A DNA stretch of 64,000 nt from Polyangiales bacterium (GCA_044229975.1 JBGARZ010000002.1:704001-768000); one strand, 5' to 3'. Shown: positions 37,048-46,499, counted from the first letter of the stretch. Program-made: numbers and translations. Notes: a model not told the origin generated them from the sequence alone.

Positions 37048-37342
37048 AAAGAACACGCAGACGACGAAGACGGTGAGCCAGGCCGAGAGCCGCTACGGAA
37101 CGCCCGAGCCGCAGATCGCGCTCCGCTTCCCCAAGGGCACCAGCTACCGCGTCGTGAAGGCCGCGCTGCACAAGCTCGCCGCCGAGATCGAGCTGGCGAC
37201 GCCGGCAAGCGAGCGCTGGTGCGTGAACACCGAGGACTTCAACGAGAGCGGGCGCGTGTACCTCGAGCTCGCCGACGCGACGGCTGCCGAAGCCGCGCGC
37301 GGGATGGCGCTTCTCACGAAGCTGGTGATGCCGGGCGTTTGA
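37004..37342 (+). CDS. Hypothetical protein
   Basis: GGAGG SD upstream; 112 aa with a globular-looking core. Confidence 0.7.
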   Translation: MSTTTMSTTTMSTTTKNTQTTKTVSQAESRYGTPEPQIALRFPKGTSYRVVKAALHKLAAEIELATPASERWCVNTEDFNESGRVYLELADATAAEAARGMALLTKLVMPGV

Positions 37343-37348
37343 CGGGAC

Positions 37349-37729
37349 CTACTTCGCGGCCCGCTGACGATGCTTCTCGCGCGCCGCGAGCACCTTTGGC
37401 GTGTTCGTCGCGATCCACCGGCCGAGCGCGTCGAGGTGCTCCGCGAGCCCGCGGCCCAAGGCCGTCAGCGAGTACTCGACGCGCGGAGGCACCTCCCCGT
37501 AGTCACGCCGTGCGACGAAGCCGTCCTCCTCCAGAGTGCGCAGCGTGAGCGCGAGCATGCGCTCACTGACTCCACCGACCCGCCGTCGCAGCTCCGCGTA
37601 GCGGTAGGTGCGCTCGGCGAGAGCCAGCATCACCAGCATCCCCCACTTGGATACCACGTGGTCGAGCACCTCCCGACCAGGGCAGTCGGGCGCGTATGAC
37701 TCTCCAAGAAGATCGCCGAGCTTCGTCAT
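37349..37729 (-). CDS. HxlR/DUF24 family winged-helix regulator with N-terminal Cys
   Basis: DCPGREVLDHVVSKWG, GVSERMLALTLRTLEEDG, EVPPRVEYSLTALG. Confidence 0.93.
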   Translation of the reverse strand: MTKLGDLLGESYAPDCPGREVLDHVVSKWGMLVMLALAERTYRYAELRRRVGGVSERMLALTLRTLEEDGFVARRDYGEVPPRVEYSLTALGRGLAEHLDALGRWIATNTPKVLAAREKHRQRAAK

Positions 37730-37737
37730 GATCACGA

Positions 37738-37763
37738 CACTAACAAAAATGTCTGTACTTCCC
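37738..37763. promoter_or_regulatory. AT-rich putative operator of the HxlR-type regulator
   Basis: CACTAACAAAAATGTCTGTACTT, an imperfect inverted repeat between divergent genes. Confidence 0.45.
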
Positions 37764-37840
37764 AAATGAGAGCGACGGACATACCTACTTCCTCAGACCG
37801 GGGCCAGCCCGGGCAGAAGTCCATCGAGAGGAACGTCTTC

Positions 37841-38242
37841 ATGAGCGAGCGCACCACCAGAGTCATCTACCGCGTCAGCACCGGCCTCCTGGCCGCGTTC
37901 CTGGCAGCACTCACCGTCGCCTACTTCACCGTGCCGTACTTCGCAGAGGGCAACCTGCACCTCGGCTTCCCCGACTGGTTCCGCTACGCGCTGGGAGCCG
38001 GTAAGGCCCTGGGGGCCGTCGCGCTCGTCGCCAACGTTCCGCCGCGCATGAAGACCCTCGCGTACGACGGTCTCGCCATCATGTTCGTGTGTGCCGCGAT
38101 CGCCCATCCGATGGCCGGGGACCCGCTCGCCACGGCGCTCGGCGGGGTGTTCGCCCTGACCCTGCTCATCGTCTCGTGCGTTTCGGCGGCAAAGCTGCGC
38201 GGCACCGACAACACCCTTCACGCAGCGCCGAGCGCGGCCTGA
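37841..38242 (+). CDS. DoxX-like membrane protein
   Basis: HLGFPDWFRYALGAGKALG, KTLAYDG, AAIAH; four TM segments. Confidence 0.82.
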   Translation: MSERTTRVIYRVSTGLLAAFLAALTVAYFTVPYFAEGNLHLGFPDWFRYALGAGKALGAVALVANVPPRMKTLAYDGLAIMFVCAAIAHPMAGDPLATALGGVFALTLLIVSCVSAAKLRGTDNTLHAAPSAA

Positions 38243-38258
38243 GGCGAGGAGCGTCCCC

Positions 38259-38930
38259 ATGTCGAAGCTTCTCATTATCGGCGGCAGCGGGCGGACCGGC
38301 CTGCACCTCCTCGAACAGGCAGCCGAGCGCGGCCACACCGTGCGCGCGCTCGTGCGCAAACCCGAGGCCGTGAAGGCCCCGCCCGGCGTCGAACTCGTGA
38401 AGGGCACGCCTTCGAGCGTCGAGGACCTGCGCGAGGCAATGAAGGGCACCGAGGCGGTCATCGTCGCCCACAACAACTCGCGCGCGTCCGACAGCCCCTG
38501 GGCAAAGCAGATCAACTCGCCGAGGTTCCTGACGGACTCGGCGCGAAACATCCTCGCCGTGATGGCCGAGCAGCACGTGAAGCGCGTCGTCCTCCTCTCC
38601 GCGATCGGCGTCGGTGACTCGTGGCCGACCATCCCGCGGCTCTTCCGGGCGTTCATCAAGCTGAGCAACATCAAGATCGGCTACGCCGACCACGATGGCG
38701 TCGACGCGCTCGCGCGCAAGAGCGACACCGACTGGACGCTGGTGCGCGCCGTCGGCCTGAACGACAAGCCTGCAGGCGCGCTCGGCCCGCTGCACACCAC
38801 CGAGGTCGGGGGTTCGAAGCCCGGAACGCTGAACGTGACGCGCGCCGAAGTGGCGACCTTCTGCCTCGACTGTGTCGACAAGAGCGAGTGGATCCACCGG
38901 GCGCCCATCATCTGGAACGGCAAGACGTGA
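38259..38930 (+). CDS. Atypical SDR NAD(P)H-binding protein (flavin reductase/BVR-B-like)
   Basis: IIGGSGRTG, GHTVRALVR, DWTLVRA, VTRAEVA. Confidence 0.88.
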   Translation: MSKLLIIGGSGRTGLHLLEQAAERGHTVRALVRKPEAVKAPPGVELVKGTPSSVEDLREAMKGTEAVIVAHNNSRASDSPWAKQINSPRFLTDSARNILAVMAEQHVKRVVLLSAIGVGDSWPTIPRLFRAFIKLSNIKIGYADHDGVDALARKSDTDWTLVRAVGLNDKPAGALGPLHTTEVGGSKPGTLNVTRAEVATFCLDCVDKSEWIHRAPIIWNGKT

Positions 38931-39069
38931 GCGCGGCGTTTGTCCAGGGCCGGCTGCTCGCCGTGGTGCTCGTGGGCTGTGAGAGCCGCTGCGCGGAGCG
39001 TGCGCCCACGGCGTGCCCACGCGCTCTTTCGACGCGCCGCCGAGCGAGGGAAGCAGCAGGAGAATGCTC

Positions 39070-39723
39070 ATGACCAAGCCGCTCACCATCGACGTGTGGA
39101 GCGATGTGATGTGCCCGTTCTGCTACATGGGCGACGCGCTGCTCGCGAAGGCGCTGGACACGTTCCCGCACAAGGAGCAGGTCGAGGTCCGCTACCGCAG
39201 CTACCAACTCATGCCGGGACTGCCGACGGACAGCGATATGATCGCGACCGAGATCCTCGTGAAGGCGAAGGGCATCCCGCGCGCGCAGGCCATCGCGATG
39301 AACAAGCAGGTCGAGGCGCGCGCGGCCGAGGTGGGGCTCGAGTACCACCTCGACCAGGCGCTCGTCGTGAACACGCGCTCGGCGCAGCGGCTCTCGCAGT
39401 TCGCGCTGGCCGAGGGCAAGCAGCACGCCTTCATGCAGCGGCTCTTCCGCGCCTACTTCACGGAGGGCAAGAACGTTGGCAAGTACCATGTGCTCGCCGA
39501 CCTCGCCGCCGAGGTCGGGCTCGACAGGGCGCGCGCGCTCGAGGTGCTGGAGAGCGGCGGCTTCGACTCCGAGGTCGCCGCCGACCAGAGCCAGGCGAAC
39601 GCGATCGGTATCCAGGGCGTCCCGTTCTTCGTCCTCGATGGGAAGTACGCGGTCTCGGGCGCGCAGCCCGTCGAGGCGTTTCGCAAGGCGCTCGACACGG
39701 CGTGGCGCGCGGGCCGCGGATAG
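39070..39723 (+). CDS. DsbA/FrnE family thiol oxidoreductase
   Basis: IDVWSDVMCPFCYMG, GIQGVPFF, SGAQP; AGGAG SD before ATG 39070. Confidence 0.92.
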   Translation: MTKPLTIDVWSDVMCPFCYMGDALLAKALDTFPHKEQVEVRYRSYQLMPGLPTDSDMIATEILVKAKGIPRAQAIAMNKQVEARAAEVGLEYHLDQALVVNTRSAQRLSQFALAEGKQHAFMQRLFRAYFTEGKNVGKYHVLADLAAEVGLDRARALEVLESGGFDSEVAADQSQANAIGIQGVPFFVLDGKYAVSGAQPVEAFRKALDTAWRAGRG

Positions 39724-39814
39724 TCGCCTTGTCGGCTCAGGGACGACGGGAAGGACCATCGTGCCCATCATCGCGCGTTCGTTTCAGGCAGTCGACGCTC
39801 GTATCTGTACGGCT

Positions 39815-40737
39815 TTACGCCGGCGCGCTCGTGGTGATGGTCGGGACCCAGATCGCGCCCTCCCACTCCTTCACGAGCCGCTCCTGCCACGTCGGGTCGG
39901 GCGCGAGCACCGGGCGACAGCCGTTCTCCGCGTGGAGGATGGCTGTGCAGAGCGCGACGAACGCGTCGGCCACATCGTAGTCGGGCGACTTCGCGGTGCC
40001 CGAGCTGTAGCGGCACGCGAGGGCGACGAGCCGGAGGTCCACGTCGAGCTTGATGGCTGCGGCGGCACACGCGGCGATGCCGAGACGCACAGCTTCGTCG
40101 GGCCTCGACTTGTAGCTCGCGAGCCCCATCGTGCGCAGCGTCGCGCCCGGGTAGACCTCGATGATCTCGCCAGCGCCGCGACCGCCTGGAAACGGCAGCA
40201 CGCGGTAGCGGTGCGACTCCCACAGCCTCGAGAGCAACACGTTCCCGAGGAGCGTCATCTGGAACGTCGCCTGGAACTTGTCCTTGAGCGGCGGCTGCCC
40301 ACCGGCGGCGATGTCCGTCGCGCGCTTCGTCCATAGCCGCGCGCGCTCGGCGCGGTCTCGCCTCGTTGCGAAGGGCGTGAAGTCGAGCGGGTCGGTGAGC
40401 AAGAGGCGCTGCGCGATCCACCAGTTGAAGGAACGCCAGCCGTTGAACGCGCCGTCGTTGTAGCCGAGGTCCGCGGCGAACTGCGGGTCGCGCAGGAGGG
40501 CGTGCGGGACGCAGAACGGGAAGCCGAACCCGACGACGCGGGCCGGTCGGGCCGTGAGCTCGTCGACGAGCTCTTCGCGGTCCAGCCCGGAGGGTCGTTC
40601 GCGAGCAGCCGTGTGTTCATCCCGGTCGCGTCGATGCGGTAGGAGTGCCGGCCCGTTGAGTGCGCTGCGATGGCGATGATCTTCCGCCGCTGGTCGCGCG
40701 CCCGCTGCGGCGCACCGAAGTCGACGCCGACGATCAT
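39815..40737 (-). pseudogene. DUF429-like (RNase H-like fold) gene with a 1-nt frameshift near 40574
   Basis: N-terminus MIVGVDFGAP...PGWTAK in one frame continues as ELVDEL...GFPF...EVYPGATL...DVADA...EGAIWVP in another; AAGAGC where AAG GAG C would restore the frame. Confidence 0.75.
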
Positions 40738-41178
40738 GTCGACCTCGAACGTGCGGCGAAGGGGACCAAGGGGACCATGACCCTCCAGTTCTCGCCGTTG
40801 CCGCCGCCGTGGTCCAGGGGCGATTCGCGGGCCGCGCATGGGACTGCGCCCCAGCGATCAAGAGCGCCGTCAACGCTCGAAGCTCGCGCGACCAGCGCTC
40901 GCGCTCCACGCGCGACGGCGGGCGACCGTTCGTCGCTCGTTGCGAGCCGTCGCCCCGATGATCAACAAGCTCGGCCTCGTCGCGCCCGCCGAAGCTGTCG
41001 ATCAAGGGGGCCGACTGTTGATCGCCGGGTACGCAGTTAAACGCCTCTCGGCTTCTCTCTCCCCACGGGACAGGAGAGAGAGCGGGAGAGCCGCCCTCAT
41101 CGCACTCGCTATGCGCTCTCTGCGAGCGGCCGCAGCAAGCGCGGCGCGTGAAACGCACGGAGTTCAGGGGGAAACGGC

Positions 41179-41210
41179 GAAGCCCCCTCGGATCGCTCCT
41201 TGGGGGCTTC
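41179..41210. terminator. GC-rich hairpin downstream of tRNA-Asn
   Basis: GAAGCCCCC...GGGGGCTTC inverted repeat flanked by AAAC and GTTT. Confidence 0.55.
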
Positions 41211-41251
41211 TGTTTACCGACCCTCGCCCTTTGTTTGTGACGAGAGAAAAA

Positions 41252-41327
41252 TGGCTCCGACTGCTGGACTCGAACCAGCGACCCGGCGGTTAACAGCCGC
41301 CTGCTCTACCAACTGAGCTAAGTCGGA
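41252..41327 (-). tRNA. tRNA-Asn(GTT)
   Basis: TCCGACTTAGCTCAGTTGGTAGAGCAGGCGGCTGTTAACCGCCGGGTCGCTGGTTCGAGTCCAGCAGTCGGAGCCA; 76 nt with encoded CCA. Confidence 0.98.
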
Positions 41328-41344
41328 ATCGCTGAAGGACCGCC

Positions 41345-41372
41345 CTTCTACACCATCGATCTGGGGTGTCAA
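41345..41372 (-). promoter_or_regulatory. Sigma-70-like promoter of tRNA-Asn
   Basis: TTGACA-N16-TAGAAG on the minus strand. Confidence 0.55.
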
Positions 41373-41499
41373 CCATTTCTTCATCGGAGCGCGCGAACGG
41401 CGCTCGCAATCCACGGTCAGTTGTGGCATCCAACGGCCCCTCGGAAATGCGTCGCCCTCAGTCAGAGGCGCGCGACGACGAACGTACGGAGAGCACTTC

Positions 41500-43428
41500 A
41501 TGAGCCACAACGGCACGAGCACCGCGCAGGGTGAGGCCGATCCCAACAGCACGATGCCGCCCGAAGAGGTGGACGACAACATCGGCAACCGCATCGGCCC
41601 GCCCCCCGTTCGTGCGGCCGTCATCGACGACGACGAGCAGCCGACCGAGGAGCCCGCCGGCGAGCCGACGGCCGAGGGTGGAGACGCCGAGGCGGCGAGC
41701 GAAGAGGCCGAGCCGGGCAACTCCCTGCACGACCCCAAGAAGAAGCGTCGTCGCAAGCGCGGCCGCGGCACCGGCGCGGGTCAGACGGCCGAAGGCGGCG
41801 CCCCGAGCGCTGCCCCGCAGCAGTCGAACCACAACAACGCCAACCACAACAACGGCCCCGCGCACCGCGCCTTCAAGATCGGCGACAAGGTTCGCGCGAG
41901 GGTGGTGTCGGTGGGCACCGGTGGCGTGCTCTGCGACCTGTGGGGCAAGGAGAAGGGCGTCCTCGATCTGAGGGAGCTCCTGGTCGACAACGCGGAGCCG
42001 AAGGCGGGCGACGCGGTCGAGGTCATCGTGCTCCAGGATGGCGCCCGCGGCGGCTTCCTCGTGGTGACGCGCGACCTCGCTCGCGCCGAGCGCGGTCGTG
42101 AGATGGCGGCCCAGGCGTTCAACGCGGGCGAGCCCGTCGAGGGTCTCGTGACGGGGCTCAACAAGGGCGGTCTCGAAGTCGACGTCAGCGGCGTGCGGGC
42201 GTTTTGCCCGAGCTCTCAGGTCGACGTGCGGCTGCCCTCGCAGGCCGAGCTCCAGAACATGGTGCTGTCGCGCGAACTCTTCCGCGTGACCTCCATGATC
42301 GAGGGCGGGCGTGAGCTGGTGGTGTCGCGTCGCGCGCTGCGCGAGGGCGAGGTGCGCGAGCGCGCCGAGCAGGCCGCGGCGAACTTCAAGGTGGGCGACC
42401 GGGTGAAGGGCGTCGTCGTGTCGGTGCGCGAGCACGGCATCTACGTCGACCTCGGTGGCATCGAGGGGCGCATCCAGCTCCAGGAGATTTCCCACGACCG
42501 CGGCGCGCGTCCGCACGACGTGGCCCGCGTGGGCGACGAGATCGAAGCCCAGGTGCTGCGCGTCGACATCCCGGCGCCGGCCCCGAAGGCCGAGGAGCCC
42601 GAGGCGAGCGCAGACGGGGCGCCCGCGACCGACGACGGTTTCCCCGCCGGGACGGAGAACCCCGCGACCGAGAGCGCGACGGCAGAGCCCGCCGCCGAGG
42701 GTGGCCGTGGTCGCGACCGCGATCAGCGCAAGCCGCGCTTCTCCCGTCGTCCCGAGGGCACGCCCCGGGTCGAGCTGTCGCGCCGCGCGGTGGAGCACGA
42801 TCCGTGGTCCGACCTGCACAAGCGCTTCCCCATCGGCAGCGCCCACAAGGGCAAGGTCGTGCGGATGCAGCCCTTCGGCGCGTTTGTCGAGCTCGAGAAG
42901 GGCGTCGACGGCCTGCTGCACGTGAGCGAGATCGGCGAGCGCCGCATCGAGCACCCCAACGAGGTGCTCAAGGACAACCAGGAGGTCACCGTCCGCGTGA
43001 CCAAGATCGACCGGCAGGCGCGCCGCATCGGCCTGAGCCTGCTGCCCGACGGCGTGACCGACGAGCAGCTCAAGCAGTCGGTGCAGCCGCGGCCCGGCAT
43101 GATCACGACCGCGAAGATCATCGAGCACGAGGCATTTGGCGTGTTCGCGCAGCTCGATAACACCGTCGGCAAGCTGGGTCGCGGGCTCATCATGCCGCAG
43201 GACAGCAACGAGCCGCGCGGCACCGACCTCAAGAAGGCGCTGCCCGTGGGCAAGGAGGTCAAGGTCAAGATCGTCGAGGTCGACCGCGGTCGCATCAAGC
43301 TGTCGATCCGCGCGGCGATCCACGACGAGGAGCGGCAGGCCTACCGGGCCTACCAGCAGCAGGCCAACACCACCACGGTGGGCGTCTCCCTCGCCGACAA
43401 GCTCCGCAAGCTGAACCTCGGCCGCTGA
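41500..43428 (+). CDS. RpsA-like protein with five S1 domains
   Basis: S1 repeats starting FKIGDKV, GEPVEGLV..KGGLEV, FKVGDRVKG, FPIGSAHKGKV..FGAFVEL..GLLHVSEI, PGMITTAK..FGVFAQL. Confidence 0.88.
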   Translation: MSHNGTSTAQGEADPNSTMPPEEVDDNIGNRIGPPPVRAAVIDDDEQPTEEPAGEPTAEGGDAEAASEEAEPGNSLHDPKKKRRRKRGRGTGAGQTAEGGAPSAAPQQSNHNNANHNNGPAHRAFKIGDKVRARVVSVGTGGVLCDLWGKEKGVLDLRELLVDNAEPKAGDAVEVIVLQDGARGGFLVVTRDLARAERGREMAAQAFNAGEPVEGLVTGLNKGGLEVDVSGVRAFCPSSQVDVRLPSQAELQNMVLSRELFRVTSMIEGGRELVVSRRALREGEVRERAEQAAANFKVGDRVKGVVVSVREHGIYVDLGGIEGRIQLQEISHDRGARPHDVARVGDEIEAQVLRVDIPAPAPKAEEPEASADGAPATDDGFPAGTENPATESATAEPAAEGGRGRDRDQRKPRFSRRPEGTPRVELSRRAVEHDPWSDLHKRFPIGSAHKGKVVRMQPFGAFVELEKGVDGLLHVSEIGERRIEHPNEVLKDNQEVTVRVTKIDRQARRIGLSLLPDGVTDEQLKQSVQPRPGMITTAKIIEHEAFGVFAQLDNTVGKLGRGLIMPQDSNEPRGTDLKKALPVGKEVKVKIVEVDRGRIKLSIRAAIHDEERQAYRAYQQQANTTTVGVSLADKLRKLNLGR

Positions 43429-43448
43429 GTCTCCTGCGCGCGTCGGCC

Positions 43449-44513
43449 ATGTCGCGCGCGCACACGGTCGCCCCTCTCCTCGCTCTCTCCCTCCTCACAA
43501 ACTGTCGCAGACCAGCAACGCCCCACGAGACGACGGCTCCGTCGTCGCGGGGGGACGCTGCGGTTCATGCGCTCCATGACGCTGCGGCGCCGCGAGTGGT
43601 CGCGCCCGCGGTGGTGGCTCCGTGGTGCTTCGAGCCGCTGCCCCGCGCGGATGTGCGGGCCATCGATGACGAGGGGCGCGTGTGGTCCACGCAAGGGGTC
43701 GCGCTCTCCCGCGACGATCGACCGACCGCCGTCACGTTGCCCGACGAGCTCCCCTGCCCTTCGCGCGGAACCTACGCGATGGAGTTCATCAGCGGGGGCG
43801 CGGCCTTCGCGGTGCTCGACGGGCGCTTCTACGTTCGTCCCTCGCGTGATGCTGCCTTCGTGGTCACTCCCGCGTGCACCGACCTCGCCGGGGCGCCGTG
43901 GACGCGTCGTACGGCGGGTGGTTGGGCCTTCGTCGCCAACACCTGGCGCTCGGTGGGGCCGGGGCTGCTGATGACCCGCGAGGCGAGCGGCGTGTCGGGC
44001 TGGTACGCCATCACCGCGCTCGATCGAAGCATCACGGCGGGCGTCCTTGATGGGCAGCACTCGTTGCTCTCGCTCATCAACGAGGGGCGCGTCGTGCTCG
44101 TCGATCAGGTGCAGACCGTCGCTGGCGAGGTGCTCGCCGCGGAGGGCGGAGGCTTCACCACGCTCTCGCGGTCGGCCGCGGGTGTCGTCGCCGCGCGAGA
44201 TGCTGCCGACTCACGCCGCGTGATCGTGACCGCCCCGTCCATCGGAGAGAGCTTCGAGCGCGTCGAGTCGACGCGTGATCAGAACGCTCCCACGAGGGCG
44301 GTGGTGGTGGTCGATCTCGCGCGCTTTGTCGCGGTCACCGACGACTCGATCGAGCTCAGCGTCGACCACGGGCGAACGTTTCGGACGGTGCTGCGCATGC
44401 CACCGGCAGACGGGGGTGGCGCGCGGCTGGAGCGCCCGCACGTGGGGCGGCTGCGGGATGGACGCCTCGCCGTGGCGACCCGCGATGGGCTCGCCGTCGA
44501 TCGATGCCGGTGA
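43449..44513 (+). CDS. Hypothetical lipoprotein, possibly a beta-propeller
   Basis: Lipobox LTNC; Asp-box-like SVDHGRTF. Confidence 0.65.
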   Translation: MSRAHTVAPLLALSLLTNCRRPATPHETTAPSSRGDAAVHALHDAAAPRVVAPAVVAPWCFEPLPRADVRAIDDEGRVWSTQGVALSRDDRPTAVTLPDELPCPSRGTYAMEFISGGAAFAVLDGRFYVRPSRDAAFVVTPACTDLAGAPWTRRTAGGWAFVANTWRSVGPGLLMTREASGVSGWYAITALDRSITAGVLDGQHSLLSLINEGRVVLVDQVQTVAGEVLAAEGGGFTTLSRSAAGVVAARDAADSRRVIVTAPSIGESFERVESTRDQNAPTRAVVVVDLARFVAVTDDSIELSVDHGRTFRTVLRMPPADGGGARLERPHVGRLRDGRLAVATRDGLAVDRCR

Positions 44514-44552
44514 GCGCGAGCGCGAGGCTGCGCTATGGTGCGCCCCGCGCGG

Positions 44553-45779
44553 ATGAGCCCGTTGAAATGCGACGTCCTGGTGCTCGGCGGTGGACCAGCG
44601 GGCGCTGTCACGGCCGCGTTGCTCGCCCGGTCGGGGGTTGGGGTCGCGTTGCTGGAGCGGGCGAGGTTCCCACGGTTTCACCTGGGCGAGTCCCTCGCGC
44701 CGGCGGCGGCTGCCGTGCTCGACGACCTCGGGCTCGGTGACACCTTCGAGGGCCGCTACCTGAGGAAGAACGGCGTGCTGCTGCGATGCGCGCGCACGGG
44801 TCGGCAGCAGCGGTTTCGCTACGACGATGCCTACGAGCCAGGGACGGGCTTCGCCTGGCAGGTGCCCCGCGCGGACTTCGACGACGTGCTGTTGCGCAGG
44901 GCGCGGGTGCTCGGTGCGACGGTGCTGGAAGGGCACGCCGCGCAGGACCTCCTCTTCGAAGACGGCTTCGCGTGCGGCGTCGTGGCGAAGCGTGACGACG
45001 GCGCGACGGTGACCGTGCGGGCCCGGGTCATCGTCGACGCGACGGGGCAGGACGCGCTGCTCGCGGGTCGTCGTGGTGATCGGCATCCCGTTCCGGGCTT
45101 GGAGCGCACGGCCCTCTCGGCGCACTACCGCCACGTCGCGCGGCCGACGGGCGAGGCGGAGGGAGACCTGGAGCTCATCCTCTTTCCCCACGGCTGGATC
45201 TGGAACATCCCGTTTCTCGGCGAGGTGAGCTCCGTCGGCGCGCTCTGCGCCAACACCTGGATGCGCGCGCGCCAGCCCGCCGAGGCGTTGGAGAGCTTCT
45301 TCGACCGCACCGTCGACGACGCCTCCTTCGCGCGGGAGGCGCTCACCCACGCCACGCGGCTCACCCCGGTGCTCGCCCACGCGGGCCTGTCGTGGCACGC
45401 CAACCGACGCGTCGGCGACGGCTGGATCACCGTCGGCGACGCCGGGGGTTTCACCGACCCGCTGCTCTGCGCGGGCACCACGCAGGCCGTCGTCGGCGGC
45501 TCGCTCGCGGCCGCTGCGATTCGTGATGCCCTCGACCGCGGCGACGTCTCCGGAGAGCGCTTCGCCCCCTTCGCACACACCCTCGATCGCGCGACCGAGA
45601 TCTTCGTCGGCACGACGCGCTCGCTCTACGCCGACGAGCTGAGCGAGGTGCTGCTGGGCGGCGGAGCGAAGGCCGATCGTCGCGCCTTCGCGTCGGTGCT
45701 CGCGGGCGACGTCTTCGGCGATGACCCACCCTGGCGCGCCGCGTGGCGGGAGCGCTACGGCGCCCACCACCTCGGGTAG
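44553..45779 (+). CDS. FAD-dependent halogenase-like oxidoreductase
   Basis: GGGPAG, FPRFHLGESL, LRKNG, QVPRADFD, DATG, GWIWNIP (WxWxIP), GDAGGFTDP. Confidence 0.85.
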   Translation: MSPLKCDVLVLGGGPAGAVTAALLARSGVGVALLERARFPRFHLGESLAPAAAAVLDDLGLGDTFEGRYLRKNGVLLRCARTGRQQRFRYDDAYEPGTGFAWQVPRADFDDVLLRRARVLGATVLEGHAAQDLLFEDGFACGVVAKRDDGATVTVRARVIVDATGQDALLAGRRGDRHPVPGLERTALSAHYRHVARPTGEAEGDLELILFPHGWIWNIPFLGEVSSVGALCANTWMRARQPAEALESFFDRTVDDASFAREALTHATRLTPVLAHAGLSWHANRRVGDGWITVGDAGGFTDPLLCAGTTQAVVGGSLAAAAIRDALDRGDVSGERFAPFAHTLDRATEIFVGTTRSLYADELSEVLLGGGAKADRRAFASVLAGDVFGDDPPWRAAWRERYGAHHLG

Positions 45780-46499
45780 TCAGCGCATGTCCATGGTCTC
45801 GACGCGCTCGCCTCGCAGCACCCGCGCGACCGGCCAGCGAGCGAGGGTCTCGGACGTAACCGGTGTGCAGGCGCTCGCGGCGAGGGCCCGCGCGACGTCC
45901 TCGTTGGCGGACACCACCAGGGTCACCGACGCGCGCCCGCCGTACACGAGAATCGCCTCCATCAACGACGCGTGCTCGCCGCGCCATGTGATGCGACGGA
46001 CGGGGGAGGCGTCGGCGCGCTCGGGGCAATCCCAGAAGCCCGTCGGCTCGCCATAGCGCGCGCGCAGCGCCTCGAAGTGTCCCCGCAGCGCCGCGACGTC
46101 ATCGAGCCGCGACAGCACCTGCACCTTCACCAGCACGTCGAGGCGCGGAGCGACGTGGGCGATCACCCTCGCGCCGCTGGCGAGCGTCTCTTCCCAGAGG
46201 GGAGCCTCGGCCTGGGCGCCGCGCGCCGGGTGAAGGCCCGCGCGGAGGCTGCGGAGCTCGGCGAGGGGCATCCCGAGGTACGCACCGCGGAGGTCGTCGG
46301 GCATCCAGCGGGTCGACTCGGCGGCGATGCCCTGGAGCGCCTCGCGAGCGATGCTCGTGCGCGAACGGGCCGCCGTGGTCGGTGCGGTCGATGGGCCATC
46401 ACCCGACGAGGTGCGCCACGCGAGGAGGGCGACGAGGGCGGCGACCGCAGCGGCGCCGAGAAGGAGCGAGAGCCAGGGGCGGGACACGACGCCCGGCAC
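45780..46499 (-). CDS. Hypothetical membrane-anchored protein
   Basis: N-terminal hydrophobic anchor; LGMPLAEL and LRARYGEP. Confidence 0.65.
   Translation of the reverse strand: MPGVVSRPWLSLLLGAAAVAALVALLAWRTSSGDGPSTAPTTAARSRTSIAREALQGIAAESTRWMPDDLRGAYLGMPLAELRSLRAGLHPARGAQAEAPLWEETLASGARVIAHVAPRLDVLVKVQVLSRLDDVAALRGHFEALRARYGEPTGFWDCPERADASPVRRITWRGEHASLMEAILVYGGRASVTLVVSANEDVARALAASACTPVTSETLARWPVARVLRGERVETMDMR

Larger units (their letters stand above)
36343..41251. mobile_element. Putative decayed genomic island at the tRNA-Asn 3' end; no integrase visible
   Basis: TGGCTCCGAgTGC at 36343-36355 matches the tRNA 3' end TGGCTCCGAcTGC at 41252-41264 (12/13); cargo of small hypotheticals, a stress cassette and a pseudogene. 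Confidence 0.55.

Noticed and set aside
36805..37548. ORF with DDDEH repeats that looks like a metal-binding protein
   Set aside because: Alternate frame of the 15-bp repeat; the MSTTT frame has the SD and more protein-like sequence
41055..41080. CTCTCTCC...GGAGAGAG hairpin, REP-like
   Set aside because: Single copy in the window; cannot be supported as a repeat family or ncRNA
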